Shown in pieces: positions 34,813 to 44,981 of a stretch of DNA of 64,000 bases; the first letter of the stretch is position 1; each line of letters opens with the position of its first letter. This stretch comes from a phage: NCBI GenBank assembly GCA_019326865.1, contig GCA_019326865.1_4101.1, one strand, 5' to 3'. The position numbers were made by a program, and so were the translations under genes. The notes below the pieces were generated by a model, which was not told the origin of the DNA, did no database searches, and was given only the letters and a program-made list of their open reading frames with translations.

Positions 34813-35241
34813 ATGGAATTGAGATCTAGTATTGCTTTTGTCTGTGACCAAGAAACGTTAGAGGTTATGGATGTATTGTTGAATGATGATGGTATTATGG
34901 ATGACATGGTGTCTTCTCTTGACTATATTCCTGAACTAGAAACGGATGATACTAACGTATGGAGATGTAACATTGATGGCGATTCGTGGATTAATATCTA
35001 TGAATTACAAACACGAATTGATTCTAAGGTTGAATCATTGAAATATGATATCATCTATGCAAGTACTGATACAAAAACTTTTATTGATGTAGTAAGTCTA
35101 AGTGGTAATTTTGATTCATATCTTGATACTGATGTGGATAAAATTCAAGAGATGTGTGATACATACGGACTTGAATTTTATGGTGCAGAAGATTTGGATG
35201 ACGAAGACTATTACGATGATGAAGAAGAATCACAGTACTAA
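34813..35241 (+). CDS. hypothetical protein with acidic C-terminus
   Basis: RBS aagga; C-terminal DLDDEDYYDDEEESQY. Confidence 0.4.
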   Translation: MELRSSIAFVCDQETLEVMDVLLNDDGIMDDMVSSLDYIPELETDDTNVWRCNIDGDSWINIYELQTRIDSKVESLKYDIIYASTDTKTFIDVVSLSGNFDSYLDTDVDKIQEMCDTYGLEFYGAEDLDDEDYYDDEEESQY

Positions 35242-35250
35242 GGAGACGAT

Positions 35251-35748
35251 ATGAACGTATTAACACCAGAAAATACATCTTTTGATATGGATTTAGTAAC
35301 AGAACATATCCCTGAAGAAATGTATTGTGTTTTGGATTTAAGTCCAAATGGTGAATCTGATTTTTATTTTAGACATATTCTAAACACCGTATCATTTAAT
35401 AGTATTAGTGCTGATCTTCAAATTGGTGAAAAGATTATTCAAGTGCCTTTAGGATGGCAAATTATGTTAGGGGATGAAGAAACTGGTATGGTTGAGATGT
35501 GCACAATTGAAAACATTCTCAACATGAAAGAACCAAAAGCTTTTGTTTATAATCCTATCCGTTCGATGTATCCTAAGTTTGAGCCAGTAAAAGTACTACG
35601 TGTATTTGCTTTAACAACTAAGTGGCAAATTCCAATGCTACCGAAAAAGAATTTACTCTGTGTGCCGTTACATAGTGGTGAAAATCCACCATGTGTGTAC
35701 TTTGCAGATGAAAATGAAAAAATTCAAGATTTGTATCTAGGAGTATAA
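35251..35748 (+). CDS. hypothetical protein
   Basis: 165-aa ORF with RBS aaggaga. Confidence 0.45.
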   Translation: MNVLTPENTSFDMDLVTEHIPEEMYCVLDLSPNGESDFYFRHILNTVSFNSISADLQIGEKIIQVPLGWQIMLGDEETGMVEMCTIENILNMKEPKAFVYNPIRSMYPKFEPVKVLRVFALTTKWQIPMLPKKNLLCVPLHSGENPPCVYFADENEKIQDLYLGV

Positions 35749-35752
35749 AATA

Positions 35753-36595
35753 GTGTTTGATTTCAGTGATATTAAAAATAAGTCAGTCGATGATGATAAA
35801 CCAACACAGCAGTCTTTTTCTATTGCTGAATTTCTAAAACATATTGACCGTGCTGATTATAAGTTCTATAATGACATGACAGAAAAAGAACGAAAAGAGT
35901 TTACACCTTATACTGTTTTGCGATGGGTAAGCTCTTTGGATGATTCTCTTCAAGTTACATATCCAAGTAGTAAAGTTGAAAAAGTATTTGGTAAATGGAA
36001 AGCTGGTGGTAAGGAAACATTAACTGAACTAGTAACTGAATTGAAGTCTTCTGGGACTAATGTTTCATCAGTAACCAAGTACTGTCACGGTGACTATGAT
36101 TGGCGTATTAAATTTGCGGTTCAATCTAAAGATGCTGCACAAAAATTAATATCATCAATGACAGAATTTGGTGTAACTGGTTCTGAAATTGTGTCATTAG
36201 TAGATACTGAAGTTGTAAAATATCAACTTATTATGCTGAATGACATGGTTAATGATGGTTTTTGGGATATGAAAGAACATCCAGAATTAGTATATCAACT
36301 TATGTGCTCAGTGCATGATATGATTGGTGGACAAGAAATGCCCCGTAATTGGTTGAATTTTTCTAAAAATTTCAAAAAAGCAAACAATGAACTATTTGAA
36401 TTAATTAAAAGTTCACAACCTGATACTATTTCTACTCAAATGAATGAAGATGAATATAAAATTGTTTTATTACAGTATGATAAAAAATCATTTGAAACAT
36501 TTCTTGACAATAATGGTTTACAAGATAATGAAAAGAAATCTATGATGAAATTGTTTAAAGATGAATGTAAAAAATATGGAAAAGAAATCAAGTAA
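35753..36595 (+). CDS. hypothetical protein
   Basis: 280-aa ORF; no motif recognised. Confidence 0.45.
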   Translation: MFDFSDIKNKSVDDDKPTQQSFSIAEFLKHIDRADYKFYNDMTEKERKEFTPYTVLRWVSSLDDSLQVTYPSSKVEKVFGKWKAGGKETLTELVTELKSSGTNVSSVTKYCHGDYDWRIKFAVQSKDAAQKLISSMTEFGVTGSEIVSLVDTEVVKYQLIMLNDMVNDGFWDMKEHPELVYQLMCSVHDMIGGQEMPRNWLNFSKNFKKANNELFELIKSSQPDTISTQMNEDEYKIVLLQYDKKSFETFLDNNGLQDNEKKSMMKLFKDECKKYGKEIK

Positions 36596-37286
36596 TAAAG
36601 TATACACCTGTAAATTTTGTGACCGTGAATTTAAACGAGAAGAAACTGTCAGCACACATAAATGTATAAAACGTGACCGATACGAAGACCGCCAAAGCCG
36701 CCAGATGATGGAGGCTTTTCGTATATATATGCAATTTATGGAATTGAATAAGTTCCCATTTAAAAAAGGCGTGGAGCCTTTTATTGCTTTTATAAAATCG
36801 AAGTACTTTAATGATTTTTATAGTTTCGCAGAATACTATTTGAATAATAGAGATATTATAAATGTGGACGAGTTTGTAAAGAACTTGATTATCACTAACA
36901 GACCAATTACTGAATGGAGTACGTATAAAGCAAAAGATGAATGGATATTAAAAACTATTCGTGCAGAACATCCAAAAGAAGCTATTGCACGAAGTGTAAT
37001 ATCATTGGTTGAATGGGCTGAAAAGTTGAATGTACAATGGAACACCTTCTTTGAAAATGTAAGTTCTGCTCGTGCAATTGCATGGATAGAGAGTGGTAAA
37101 ATTTCACCGTGGATTATATGGCTTGCTCCTAAAAAAAGTACTAATAAGTTTTTTAAAAAACTATCAAACTCAGAAATTGAATATATACTTAAATACATCG
37201 ATCCAAGTTATTTTGAAATAAAAACTATAAAATACAAAAAGGATTGTGATGAAATTAAGATTATGCTATGTGAGGCAGGATTATGA
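36561..37286 (+). CDS. hypothetical protein with N-terminal C2H2-like Zn-finger motif
   Basis: YTCKFCDREFKREETVSTHKC; start ambiguous (36561 or 36576). Confidence 0.4.
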   Translation: MNVKNMEKKSSNKVYTCKFCDREFKREETVSTHKCIKRDRYEDRQSRQMMEAFRIYMQFMELNKFPFKKGVEPFIAFIKSKYFNDFYSFAEYYLNNRDIINVDEFVKNLIITNRPITEWSTYKAKDEWILKTIRAEHPKEAIARSVISLVEWAEKLNVQWNTFFENVSSARAIAWIESGKISPWIIWLAPKKSTNKFFKKLSNSEIEYILKYIDPSYFEIKTIKYKKDCDEIKIMLCEAGL

Positions 37287-37612
37287 ATGGAAAAAGTATA
37301 TATAACAAAATACCAGAAGGGTATGTACCTGTACCTAAAGAACAAAAATCAAAACAAATATCTCTACTTCGACAAGGATCTATTACTGAAATAACACTAG
37401 ATGGCAAAACATTTCAAGTTCACGATCCGGCTCGTGTTGAAAAAATAATTTCTTTAGTTGAAAGACATGAAGAGCGATTTTTTAGTTTGAGTCAGGAGTT
37501 AGCAAAGACAAAACAAAATTGTAAAATATTAGAGAAACAAATATCAACGTTAGTTAATACAGTTAAACAGTTACAGGAGCAAATAAAAAATGCAGGATTT
37601 GACCGATTCTAA
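37283..37612 (+). CDS. hypothetical coiled-coil protein
   Basis: 109-aa ORF with overlapping stop/start. Confidence 0.4.
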   Translation: MNGKSIYNKIPEGYVPVPKEQKSKQISLLRQGSITEITLDGKTFQVHDPARVEKIISLVERHEERFFSLSQELAKTKQNCKILEKQISTLVNTVKQLQEQIKNAGFDRF

Positions 37613-38228
37613 ACATTATAGAAAGGCCCGAACTGATATTGACATTGACTTCAAGGATAGTAAAAGTGTAATTGCAAAACTTCCTTGTGTACGAAGTACT
37701 GAAAAAATTACGGAGGATGGTTTAATCCCCCATAATAGTGGTGTTCATTTTGACAATATACCAACTGATCCAATTACTGGTTTGGCTAGTATACAATATA
37801 AAGAAGCTGAAAGGTTAGGATATCAAAAAGTTGATATTCTTTCACAGTCAGCTTACATGTATGTTCGTGATAGAGAACATTTAAAAGAACTAATGAATCA
37901 GGAACCAAATTGGGATTTATTGTTAGAACCCGAAATAGTAGAGCATCTCTCGCAAATTAAAAAACATGTAACATTGTTAAATGTATGGAAGCCTAAATCA
38001 ATAGACGAACTGGCAATGTTTATTGCCATGATTCGCCCAGGAAAAAGGCAGTGCCAAAGTATGAACACATGGGACGAGGTAAAAGCCACCATATGGGACT
38101 ACAGTACTATTGGCACGGACCAAGCAGGAAATAAATTACGATATTTCAAAAAGCCACATGCTTATGCATATAGCTTAATGATTGTTGTACAACTAAATGC
38201 TTTAGTTGAACATCTTACTTCTTCTTAA
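37590..38228 (+). CDS. hypothetical protein (C-terminal motif KKPHAYAYSLM; see findings)
   Basis: 212-aa ORF; motif resemblances are ambiguous. Confidence 0.45.
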   Translation: MQDLTDSKHYRKARTDIDIDFKDSKSVIAKLPCVRSTEKITEDGLIPHNSGVHFDNIPTDPITGLASIQYKEAERLGYQKVDILSQSAYMYVRDREHLKELMNQEPNWDLLLEPEIVEHLSQIKKHVTLLNVWKPKSIDELAMFIAMIRPGKRQCQSMNTWDEVKATIWDYSTIGTDQAGNKLRYFKKPHAYAYSLMIVVQLNALVEHLTSS

Positions 38229-38568
38229 GTGCCACATTACGACGTTTGATGCGTTTCTGTGGCAAATTGCTTAAAGAAACTACTGGACCACATACGAAAT
38301 TCACCGATTGTGTATCGAATCTCTGTGTGTACGGTTCAAATTTCTCCATCTCTTCTTGAAAGAATAGACAAACTGGAATGGTTCTATTACTTTGCCACCA
38401 CCAATCATGTGCTATACTTAACAATTCGTCTTGCATTGATTCATTCATATCATCGAAACAATAAAGAGTTGTATACTGTTTGCTTTTGATTTTGATGATA
38501 CCAATAAACGTTTTACCATCATACTGGATTACAGTAATGAATGGTGGGATAGTGTTATATTGATTCAT
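38215..38568 (-). CDS. hypothetical protein, lone minus-strand ORF with basic C-terminus
   Basis: 117-aa ORF convergent with 37590..38228 and divergent from 38626..39603; the overlapping + ORF 38259..38489 looks less protein-like. Confidence 0.35.
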   Translation of the reverse strand: MNQYNTIPPFITVIQYDGKTFIGIIKIKSKQYTTLYCFDDMNESMQDELLSIAHDWWWQSNRTIPVCLFFQEEMEKFEPYTQRFDTQSVNFVCGPVVSLSNLPQKRIKRRNVALKKK

Positions 38569-38625
38569 ATTAGTTCCATAAATATTAGTATAAATTTATA
38601 CCTATTATTTATGGAAGGAAAAACT

Positions 38626-39603
38626 ATGGCTCATCACGGCGTGTTTATGTACCCTTATAACCAGGAAGTATCATTGGGCAATTTTAATATGCCATTTAGT
38701 AATGAAAAACTAACTATCTATCGAGGGGCAAATAATAATTTATCTTTTACTGTTCACAACGCTGATGGAAAATATACTTTATTGAAAGATAATGAATATC
38801 TTACATTTATGATTTTTGATGCACGAAATAATACTAAACTATTTGATGTTGTATTGGAAAAGCAAGAACCAAGTTGGTTATCAGAAAGTGGTCAAGCTCG
38901 TCAAACATTGGGAAATAAAAAGAAAGTATACTATGGATGTATTGTTCCAGCAGGAGTTATTCAAGATACCAGTCCTGGTTCCAAATATAGATGGAGCATT
39001 ACTAAAGTAACTATGGATGGTTCACTTATAGAACCAACACAATATCTATACACTGGAATGAACTTTGAGGCATCAGCGGAGCTAATAATTTCAGACCAAG
39101 CAGCCCCAGTATTTGTTCCTAGTACTGAAATATCTACAGACAAAAATCCAGCCTGGACATCAATAAAGCGTTTATATAATGAACCAATTGGTAATGGTAT
39201 GATAGGTGAGTATGATATACTAGCATCAACTCCACTTCCAGCACAAATGCAGTATGGGTTGGTTGATGGGCTAAGTAGCATTGCAATCTATTTTGATAAA
39301 TTCATTGGAAGAATACAGTTACAAGGATGTTTGTGTAATAATGTACCTAATGATAATGAAAATTATAAATGGTTTATAATCAAATTAGATGGAAAGGATT
39401 ATATTGAAAATGGGATTGATATTGATGGATTTCCAAAAGAGCTTGATGGTATTCAAGCATTTAATTTCAAAGGAAATTATATGTGGTTGCGAATCGTAGT
39501 AGCAATTCATCCTAAAAATGTTCCAGTACCATACGACTATGCTGCTGTGCGAAAAGTGTATAATCCTTTATTAACTGTACCTAAAATTTTGATTCGCAGG
39601 TGA
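38626..39603 (+). CDS. hypothetical protein
   Basis: RBS ggaagga 5 nt before ATG 38626; 325 aa. Confidence 0.5.
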   Translation: MAHHGVFMYPYNQEVSLGNFNMPFSNEKLTIYRGANNNLSFTVHNADGKYTLLKDNEYLTFMIFDARNNTKLFDVVLEKQEPSWLSESGQARQTLGNKKKVYYGCIVPAGVIQDTSPGSKYRWSITKVTMDGSLIEPTQYLYTGMNFEASAELIISDQAAPVFVPSTEISTDKNPAWTSIKRLYNEPIGNGMIGEYDILASTPLPAQMQYGLVDGLSSIAIYFDKFIGRIQLQGCLCNNVPNDNENYKWFIIKLDGKDYIENGIDIDGFPKELDGIQAFNFKGNYMWLRIVVAIHPKNVPVPYDYAAVRKVYNPLLTVPKILIRR

Positions 39604-39629
39604 GACAAAATTAGAAGGTGTGCTATAAT
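39601..39629 (+). promoter_or_regulatory. promoter TGAGAC-N17-TGcTATAAT
   Basis: tgagac at 39601-39606 and gtgtgctataat at 39618-39629; upstream of the primase gene. Confidence 0.55.
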
Positions 39630-39658
39630 CATTTGTAAGAAAAGACAAGGATTAACTT

Positions 39659-40714
39659 ATGAACGCTGTACAAAACATAATGGCACAAATAATGAATGAT
39701 CCAGTACCTTCAATTGGTACATGGTCACATCACAATTGTCCAGCTTGCGTGTTCAGAGGACATTCAAGGCCGGATACAAAGCACCGTGGTAATCATATGT
39801 TCAATGCAGATGGTTCCGTATCATATAACTGCTTTAACTGTAGTTTAAAAACGGGTTGGCAGCCTGGAAAATATATGAGCAAAGATATGGAGTCTTTGCT
39901 CATTTCTTTTGGTGCACAAGATAAAGAAATAGAATTAGTTAAGTTTTATATTAAAGAAATGGTTGATAGTGGAGATTACGCTACACAAGAAACGGTTGTA
40001 TCAAAATTATATGATAGAATAACTGTGCGTGATTTACCATCAAATGCTAAAACATTTTGGGAATGGGCTTCTTTACCAGAAGACAAAATTCCCCGAGAAT
40101 TTTTGAGTGTTTTGCATAACGTCAATGAACGAAATCCATACTTGTTAGATTTAGAATTATATTGGTCACCCAATAAAGAACATAAAATGTATGACAGGTT
40201 TATTATTCCTTATTTCATGAATGGAAAAATCATTGGATACACAGCAAGACACAAATTAAAAGATCCTGGAAGTACATACAGGTTTATAAATCAAGTAAGT
40301 ACTAATATACTATACAATTATGATTTATTAAAAGATGATAGAATAAAAACAATTTTAGTATGTGAGGGACCATTGGATGCTGCATTGATGGGTGGGGTAT
40401 CTGCAAATAACTTTAAACTATCAAATGTACAAATTGATGTATTAAAAGATGCACAACAAAAAGGTAAAAAAATAGTTATTGTTCCAGACCGAGACAAAGA
40501 TGGATTAATAACAATAGAACAAGCACTTGAAAATGGATTCAGTGTGTCGTTCCCAGACTTTGGTGCAGTAAGAGAAGGGAGCACTATACGTCACGTCAAA
40601 GATTTTGAAGAAGCTTGTTCACGATTTGGAAGATTGTTTTGCTTACAATTAATACACGATAGTATAGTAGATGAGCCATTTTATATCAAAGCTCAAACAG
40701 AAAAATGGATGTAA
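39659..40714 (+). CDS. gp61: DNA primase (T4 gp61-like; Zn-ribbon plus TOPRIM)
   Basis: N-terminal HHNCPACVF...CFNCS zinc-binding motifs; TOPRIM ILVCEGPLDAALMGG and IVIVPDRDKDG. Confidence 0.75.
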   Translation: MNAVQNIMAQIMNDPVPSIGTWSHHNCPACVFRGHSRPDTKHRGNHMFNADGSVSYNCFNCSLKTGWQPGKYMSKDMESLLISFGAQDKEIELVKFYIKEMVDSGDYATQETVVSKLYDRITVRDLPSNAKTFWEWASLPEDKIPREFLSVLHNVNERNPYLLDLELYWSPNKEHKMYDRFIIPYFMNGKIIGYTARHKLKDPGSTYRFINQVSTNILYNYDLLKDDRIKTILVCEGPLDAALMGGVSANNFKLSNVQIDVLKDAQQKGKKIVIVPDRDKDGLITIEQALENGFSVSFPDFGAVREGSTIRHVKDFEEACSRFGRLFCLQLIHDSIVDEPFYIKAQTEKWM

Positions 40715-40736
40715 TACATATAATGAGGGAACATAG

Positions 40737-42257
40737 ATGATTCAAAGCACAATGGATGTGAAACAATATGGGATTAATGCACAACAATACTTATTATCTC
40801 AGATTTTCAGTAATCCTGATTTATATGTACGTTGTAAAAATATCCTTAAACCTGAATATTTTGATAAAACATTTCATGAAAGTATTAAGTACGTTCATGA
40901 TTATGCTGCAAAATATAGTTCATCACCGACTTTAAAAGATATTGAAGTTAAAGGTGGTTATCAATACGATCAATATGAAGTTCAAGAATTACATAAACAA
41001 TCAGTACTGGATACATGTGGTGAATTTTGTCGACACAAAGCATTAGCATTAGCTGTGGAAAAGGGAATGGAACTTGTCCATCAGAAAAAATATGGTGGGA
41101 TAGAAGAACTAATTCGTGAAGCAATGCTGGTAACTGTACAGAATGAGTTGGGCTTGGACATTTTTGAAAATCCAGAAGATACTATTCGTTCACTAAGTTC
41201 AATGCAAGGGTCATTTAAGAGTGGATGGGAAACACTTGATTACAAACTTTTCGGTGGTTTTGGGCGTAGAGAGTTAGAGATTTTCGCGGCTGCATCAGGT
41301 GGTGGTAAATCAGTAGTGCTGCAAAATTTAGCAGTTAACTTTGCTAAAGCTGGAATGAATGGTGCATATATCTCACTAGAACTAGCTGAAGAGTTGGTTG
41401 CGGTTCGTATCTATGGTATGATGACTGAATCGAAACTCAGTAACGTAAAAAATGAAGCTGAAAAGATTGGGTTTGCTGTTAAAGTTGAAGGTAAAAACAG
41501 TGGTATGTTGCGTATTAAACGCTTACCTGAATCTGTGACAACAACTGACGATATCGAAAGTTATCTACGTGAATTACAAATTAAGATGGAAATCAAACTT
41601 GATTATGTATGTGTGGACTATTTGGACCTATTAACTTCTAATCGTCTTGGTCCAAATGATAAATCCAATACATTTACTAAAGATAAATTTGTATCAGAAG
41701 AATTACGTGCTCTTGCATCCAAAATGGATTTGACTGTATTCACTGCATCTCAGTTTAACCGTAGTGGTATGGATGAAGATAAGAAAAGTCAAAGTCAGAT
41801 TGCTGGTGGTATTTCAAAAATTTATACTGCGGATAACGTAATTTATATTGAAGCAAAAAAAGAAACTGGGGAATTATGGTTTGATTTTCAAAAAACACGT
41901 AACAGTAGTGCAGTAGGTTCTCGCTTACGTATGTCATATGATATTGACTCATTGCGAGTTCTTGATCACGCAACTACAGTACAACAAATGGAAACAGAAG
42001 GCAACGGGTTCCGTCACAGTGGTGTTTCTAAGATTGGTGGAGGAAATATGGCATTACCACCTAGTACAATGCAAACATTGCGTCATACGCTTTCTGGTGC
42101 ATCAAATCCATTATCTACACAACCAAACAAACAAGTATTACTAAATACTGAGAGTGCTCCTAACACCACAACACAAAATGAATTACAGCCCCCGCAGCCA
42201 CATGCAGGTTCTGAACGTGCTCACGCAATGAAGCAATGGTTAAATCAAAGGAAATAA
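40737..42257 (+). CDS. gp41: replicative DNA helicase (DnaB family, T4 gp41-like)
   Basis: Walker A AASGGGKS; DnaB-like layout; adjacent to primase. Confidence 0.8.
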   Translation: MIQSTMDVKQYGINAQQYLLSQIFSNPDLYVRCKNILKPEYFDKTFHESIKYVHDYAAKYSSSPTLKDIEVKGGYQYDQYEVQELHKQSVLDTCGEFCRHKALALAVEKGMELVHQKKYGGIEELIREAMLVTVQNELGLDIFENPEDTIRSLSSMQGSFKSGWETLDYKLFGGFGRRELEIFAAASGGGKSVVLQNLAVNFAKAGMNGAYISLELAEELVAVRIYGMMTESKLSNVKNEAEKIGFAVKVEGKNSGMLRIKRLPESVTTTDDIESYLRELQIKMEIKLDYVCVDYLDLLTSNRLGPNDKSNTFTKDKFVSEELRALASKMDLTVFTASQFNRSGMDEDKKSQSQIAGGISKIYTADNVIYIEAKKETGELWFDFQKTRNSSAVGSRLRMSYDIDSLRVLDHATTVQQMETEGNGFRHSGVSKIGGGNMALPPSTMQTLRHTLSGASNPLSTQPNKQVLLNTESAPNTTTQNELQPPQPHAGSERAHAMKQWLNQRK

Positions 42258-42260
42258 TAA

Positions 42261-42533
42261 ATGTCTAGTAAATCCAATAAAAAGAATCTACTTGATAGTA
42301 TAGTTGACTATACCCCAGAGAAAGATACGTTACAGAGTTTTAGTAATCGTGCAGATCATGCAATAAACTCTGTGATACATTTATTGGAGAGCATTGAAGA
42401 TGAATTTAACCAAACTGATGCTGAAGATTTGAAAAAGCGTTTATTTCTAAGTATAAAAAACCGAGATTATAAAAAGTTTCAAAAAGGGTTAGAGAACATA
42501 GCACTTGATGAAAAACGTAATAAGGGTAATTAA
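42261..42533 (+). CDS. hypothetical protein
   Basis: 90-aa ORF. Confidence 0.35.
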   Translation: MSSKSNKKNLLDSIVDYTPEKDTLQSFSNRADHAINSVIHLLESIEDEFNQTDAEDLKKRLFLSIKNRDYKKFQKGLENIALDEKRNKGN

Positions 42534-42695
42534 TATGAAGAAAAAGAATATTAAAGAGAATGCATCCACAGCATCTACTTCGGCAGGTGCAATTGCATCT
42601 GTCAGTACTGGTTTACATTATCCATTACATCGTAGATTGCCTCCAACTAACTTCTTTGGGTATAAAATAGTAGATATAAAAGATAAGGATAAAGA

Positions 42696-43088
42696 ATGAA
42701 ACCATATACTTTCTACACGATACATACTGTAGTAGATATTGGTGACGGTAAAACTCCAACAATCATAGATTCAAAATTCACTGGTGCTATGAACTTGTCT
42801 AGGTTGTTGGAAGCAATTATGGTATATGATTATCCTATGATGGTAAGTGTTGTTAAAAATGAAGTTGATTTATATAAAGATAATAATTCATCTTTTTATA
42901 ATATACCAATTTCATGGGGTAAATGTACAATAAGCACATTTAAATTCGCTATACCAATGGACGTCGAACTTCGATTACATGGTATTCCATTAGTTCTACC
43001 AACTGAACTAAATGGGAAACGAATAACTAAATTTATTACATCTGGTGATGATATCAACATTAGCATCAGTAAACAGACCTTTTCTTAA
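42696..43088 (+). CDS. hypothetical protein
   Basis: 130-aa ORF. Confidence 0.4.
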   Translation: MKPYTFYTIHTVVDIGDGKTPTIIDSKFTGAMNLSRLLEAIMVYDYPMMVSVVKNEVDLYKDNNSSFYNIPISWGKCTISTFKFAIPMDVELRLHGIPLVLPTELNGKRITKFITSGDDINISISKQTFS

Positions 43089-43144
43089 TTGTGATAAATA
43101 TCATAAAGCAAGACAGAGGTCTTTTTTTATTTTATGGAGAAAAT

Positions 43145-44089
43145 ATGGATATAAATCAAACAGCAACCGAACTTCAAAAGTTCGCAGACGCACATAATTT
43201 GAATGTTGATGTTTCTGTCATTCTTGATAATATGGATGCAGGTGATTTCATTACTTTAAATTCTGCGATTGATAATTCTGATAATCGTGAAATATTTCAA
43301 ATTTTGCAAAAATATAAAGCACAGATGAGTGAGTGTTATGAATATTTCAGTTCTAATAATTTAAATAAACATATCAATGAAAGTACTGAGCTACATAGCA
43401 TTGTTGATGCAATGACTCTAACACAACTGGAAGAGACATACACTAAAAAATATACTTATTCTGAAACATCAAAGCTAACGACCCAAGAATTAAAAGCGAT
43501 TGTATTTGAAGATTTTCAAAATCAAGCAACCCAAATGCAATCTAAACAAATTGCTAAAATGAATGTTTCCCAAGGTCAACAACAAGTTAATCCACAAACT
43601 CAAGCTAAAATGAAACAGGCTGAGTTACAAAGGAACGCTAATAATATGAAAGTTAGTGTTCCTGGAACACAAAGCGGTACGGATTCAGTAGAGCCTGTTG
43701 TTGGTGTAGATCCAGGTCAAACACCTGAGCAAACATTGGTAATTACTAAAAGCGGTACTAAACCAAATGAGTTAAATGTTTTCCCATTGAATGATGTGAA
43801 TCCAATCGATAGCCAAAATAATCCAATACGCGAGGAAAAATCTCCACAGGAAATTAACAGTGAATTAATGGGAGATGCAAGTTTAGAGCCTGATAGTAAT
43901 CCTGATTCACCATCACCATTATCACATCATGCACCAGGTATGGGTGAAATGATTCATGCTATTTCTGATATTGAAAAGGAAGATGATATTTACGGTGACG
44001 AAAGTGTAATGGCAAATCAGTCTCAATCGGATAATGATGATATGGTAGATCAAATTATTGATTATTGTCATCGTATGCGAGGTCGTTAA
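43145..44089 (+). CDS. hypothetical Gln-rich protein
   Basis: RBS ggaga before ATG 43145. Confidence 0.4.
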   Translation: MDINQTATELQKFADAHNLNVDVSVILDNMDAGDFITLNSAIDNSDNREIFQILQKYKAQMSECYEYFSSNNLNKHINESTELHSIVDAMTLTQLEETYTKKYTYSETSKLTTQELKAIVFEDFQNQATQMQSKQIAKMNVSQGQQQVNPQTQAKMKQAELQRNANNMKVSVPGTQSGTDSVEPVVGVDPGQTPEQTLVITKSGTKPNELNVFPLNDVNPIDSQNNPIREEKSPQEINSELMGDASLEPDSNPDSPSPLSHHAPGMGEMIHAISDIEKEDDIYGDESVMANQSQSDNDDMVDQIIDYCHRMRGR

Positions 44090-44307
44090 TGAGAACAGTA
44101 ATGAATGTGTATGGTCACAATACGATGGTTTCTAATGAAGAATACAAACTATTACAAAAGATAAAAGCACGTGGAACTGTTCCAGTTGAAAAGGTTAATG
44201 AATATTATCAAGAACTTGCTGATAAAATGGTATCACGTGGTGTTCTAAATAAAATAGAAAATGTTGACGGTACTGAATCATATCAAACAGTTAGGAGTAG
44301 TAAATGA
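44089..44307 (+). CDS. hypothetical small protein
   Basis: ATG overlapping the upstream stop (TAATG). Confidence 0.3.
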   Translation: MRTVMNVYGHNTMVSNEEYKLLQKIKARGTVPVEKVNEYYQELADKMVSRGVLNKIENVDGTESYQTVRSSK

Positions 44308-44981
44308 ATTACGAATATGATCAACAATCAGTCAATCAGATGGCTGATTTGTTAAGTGGTCTTAATGATATTGAAGCTGGTGAGACACATGATGCGGCTG
44401 GTGTACCATATAAAGCTAGTGGTGATATTGGTGCAATGACTGCTATTTTAACTTCATTAAATGAAGCGGGTATGGATTATGGTATTGAACCTGAACAGAC
44501 ACATCCGAAGGTTGTGTCATATAACGCACCATTTAACGAACACATGAATGGACAACAACATGTTCAGCCTGTGATGCAACGTTCACCTTCTAAACCGAAA
44601 ACCAATTGGAGTTTAGTAGAAGAAAAGGTACAAGGCACGAAATCTACTAAAGTTTATAGTATTAAGTGTAACCATAGTTCACAAATTATCATGAATAATA
44701 TTATGATGTATGAAGCAGCACTTACTTTAGTTAACCTTCTTAACGAAGGGCGAATGTTGACAGATGCTAAAGTTCTTGGTATAATTAGTTCGGGTTTGCA
44801 ATACACAAATGTAATAAGCGAAGCATTAAAAGCAGCCCATAAACGCCAACGTGTACTTAATGAATCAAAGTATGATGAAGCAAAAGATTTAGATATAATC
44901 ATTGCAGAAAAGAAAGCAGAAGCGTATAAATTAAAAGAGCGTGTATTAAACTTTCTTAAAAATGAAGGGTACATCACTTGA
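44304..44981 (+). CDS. hypothetical protein
   Basis: 225-aa ORF. Confidence 0.45.
   Translation: MNYEYDQQSVNQMADLLSGLNDIEAGETHDAAGVPYKASGDIGAMTAILTSLNEAGMDYGIEPEQTHPKVVSYNAPFNEHMNGQQHVQPVMQRSPSKPKTNWSLVEEKVQGTKSTKVYSIKCNHSSQIIMNNIMMYEAALTLVNLLNEGRMLTDAKVLGIISSGLQYTNVISEALKAAHKRQRVLNESKYDEAKDLDIIIAEKKAEAYKLKERVLNFLKNEGYIT

Noticed and set aside
38259-38489. Listed + strand ORF of 76 aa
   Set aside because: Overlaps the longer minus-strand ORF 38215..38568, has no RBS and a less protein-like composition; either could be real, but the minus ORF was preferred.
42505-42699. Listed 64-aa ORF overlapping 42261..42533
   Set aside because: Short, overlaps the upstream ORF by ~30 nt, no RBS or motif recognised; may be real but unsupported.
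43071-43130. Possible terminator: agacct ... aggtct inverted repeat followed by a T-run
   Set aside because: The arms are ~36 nt apart (oversized loop) and the alternative inner stem is only 4 bp; the T-run alone is not enough.
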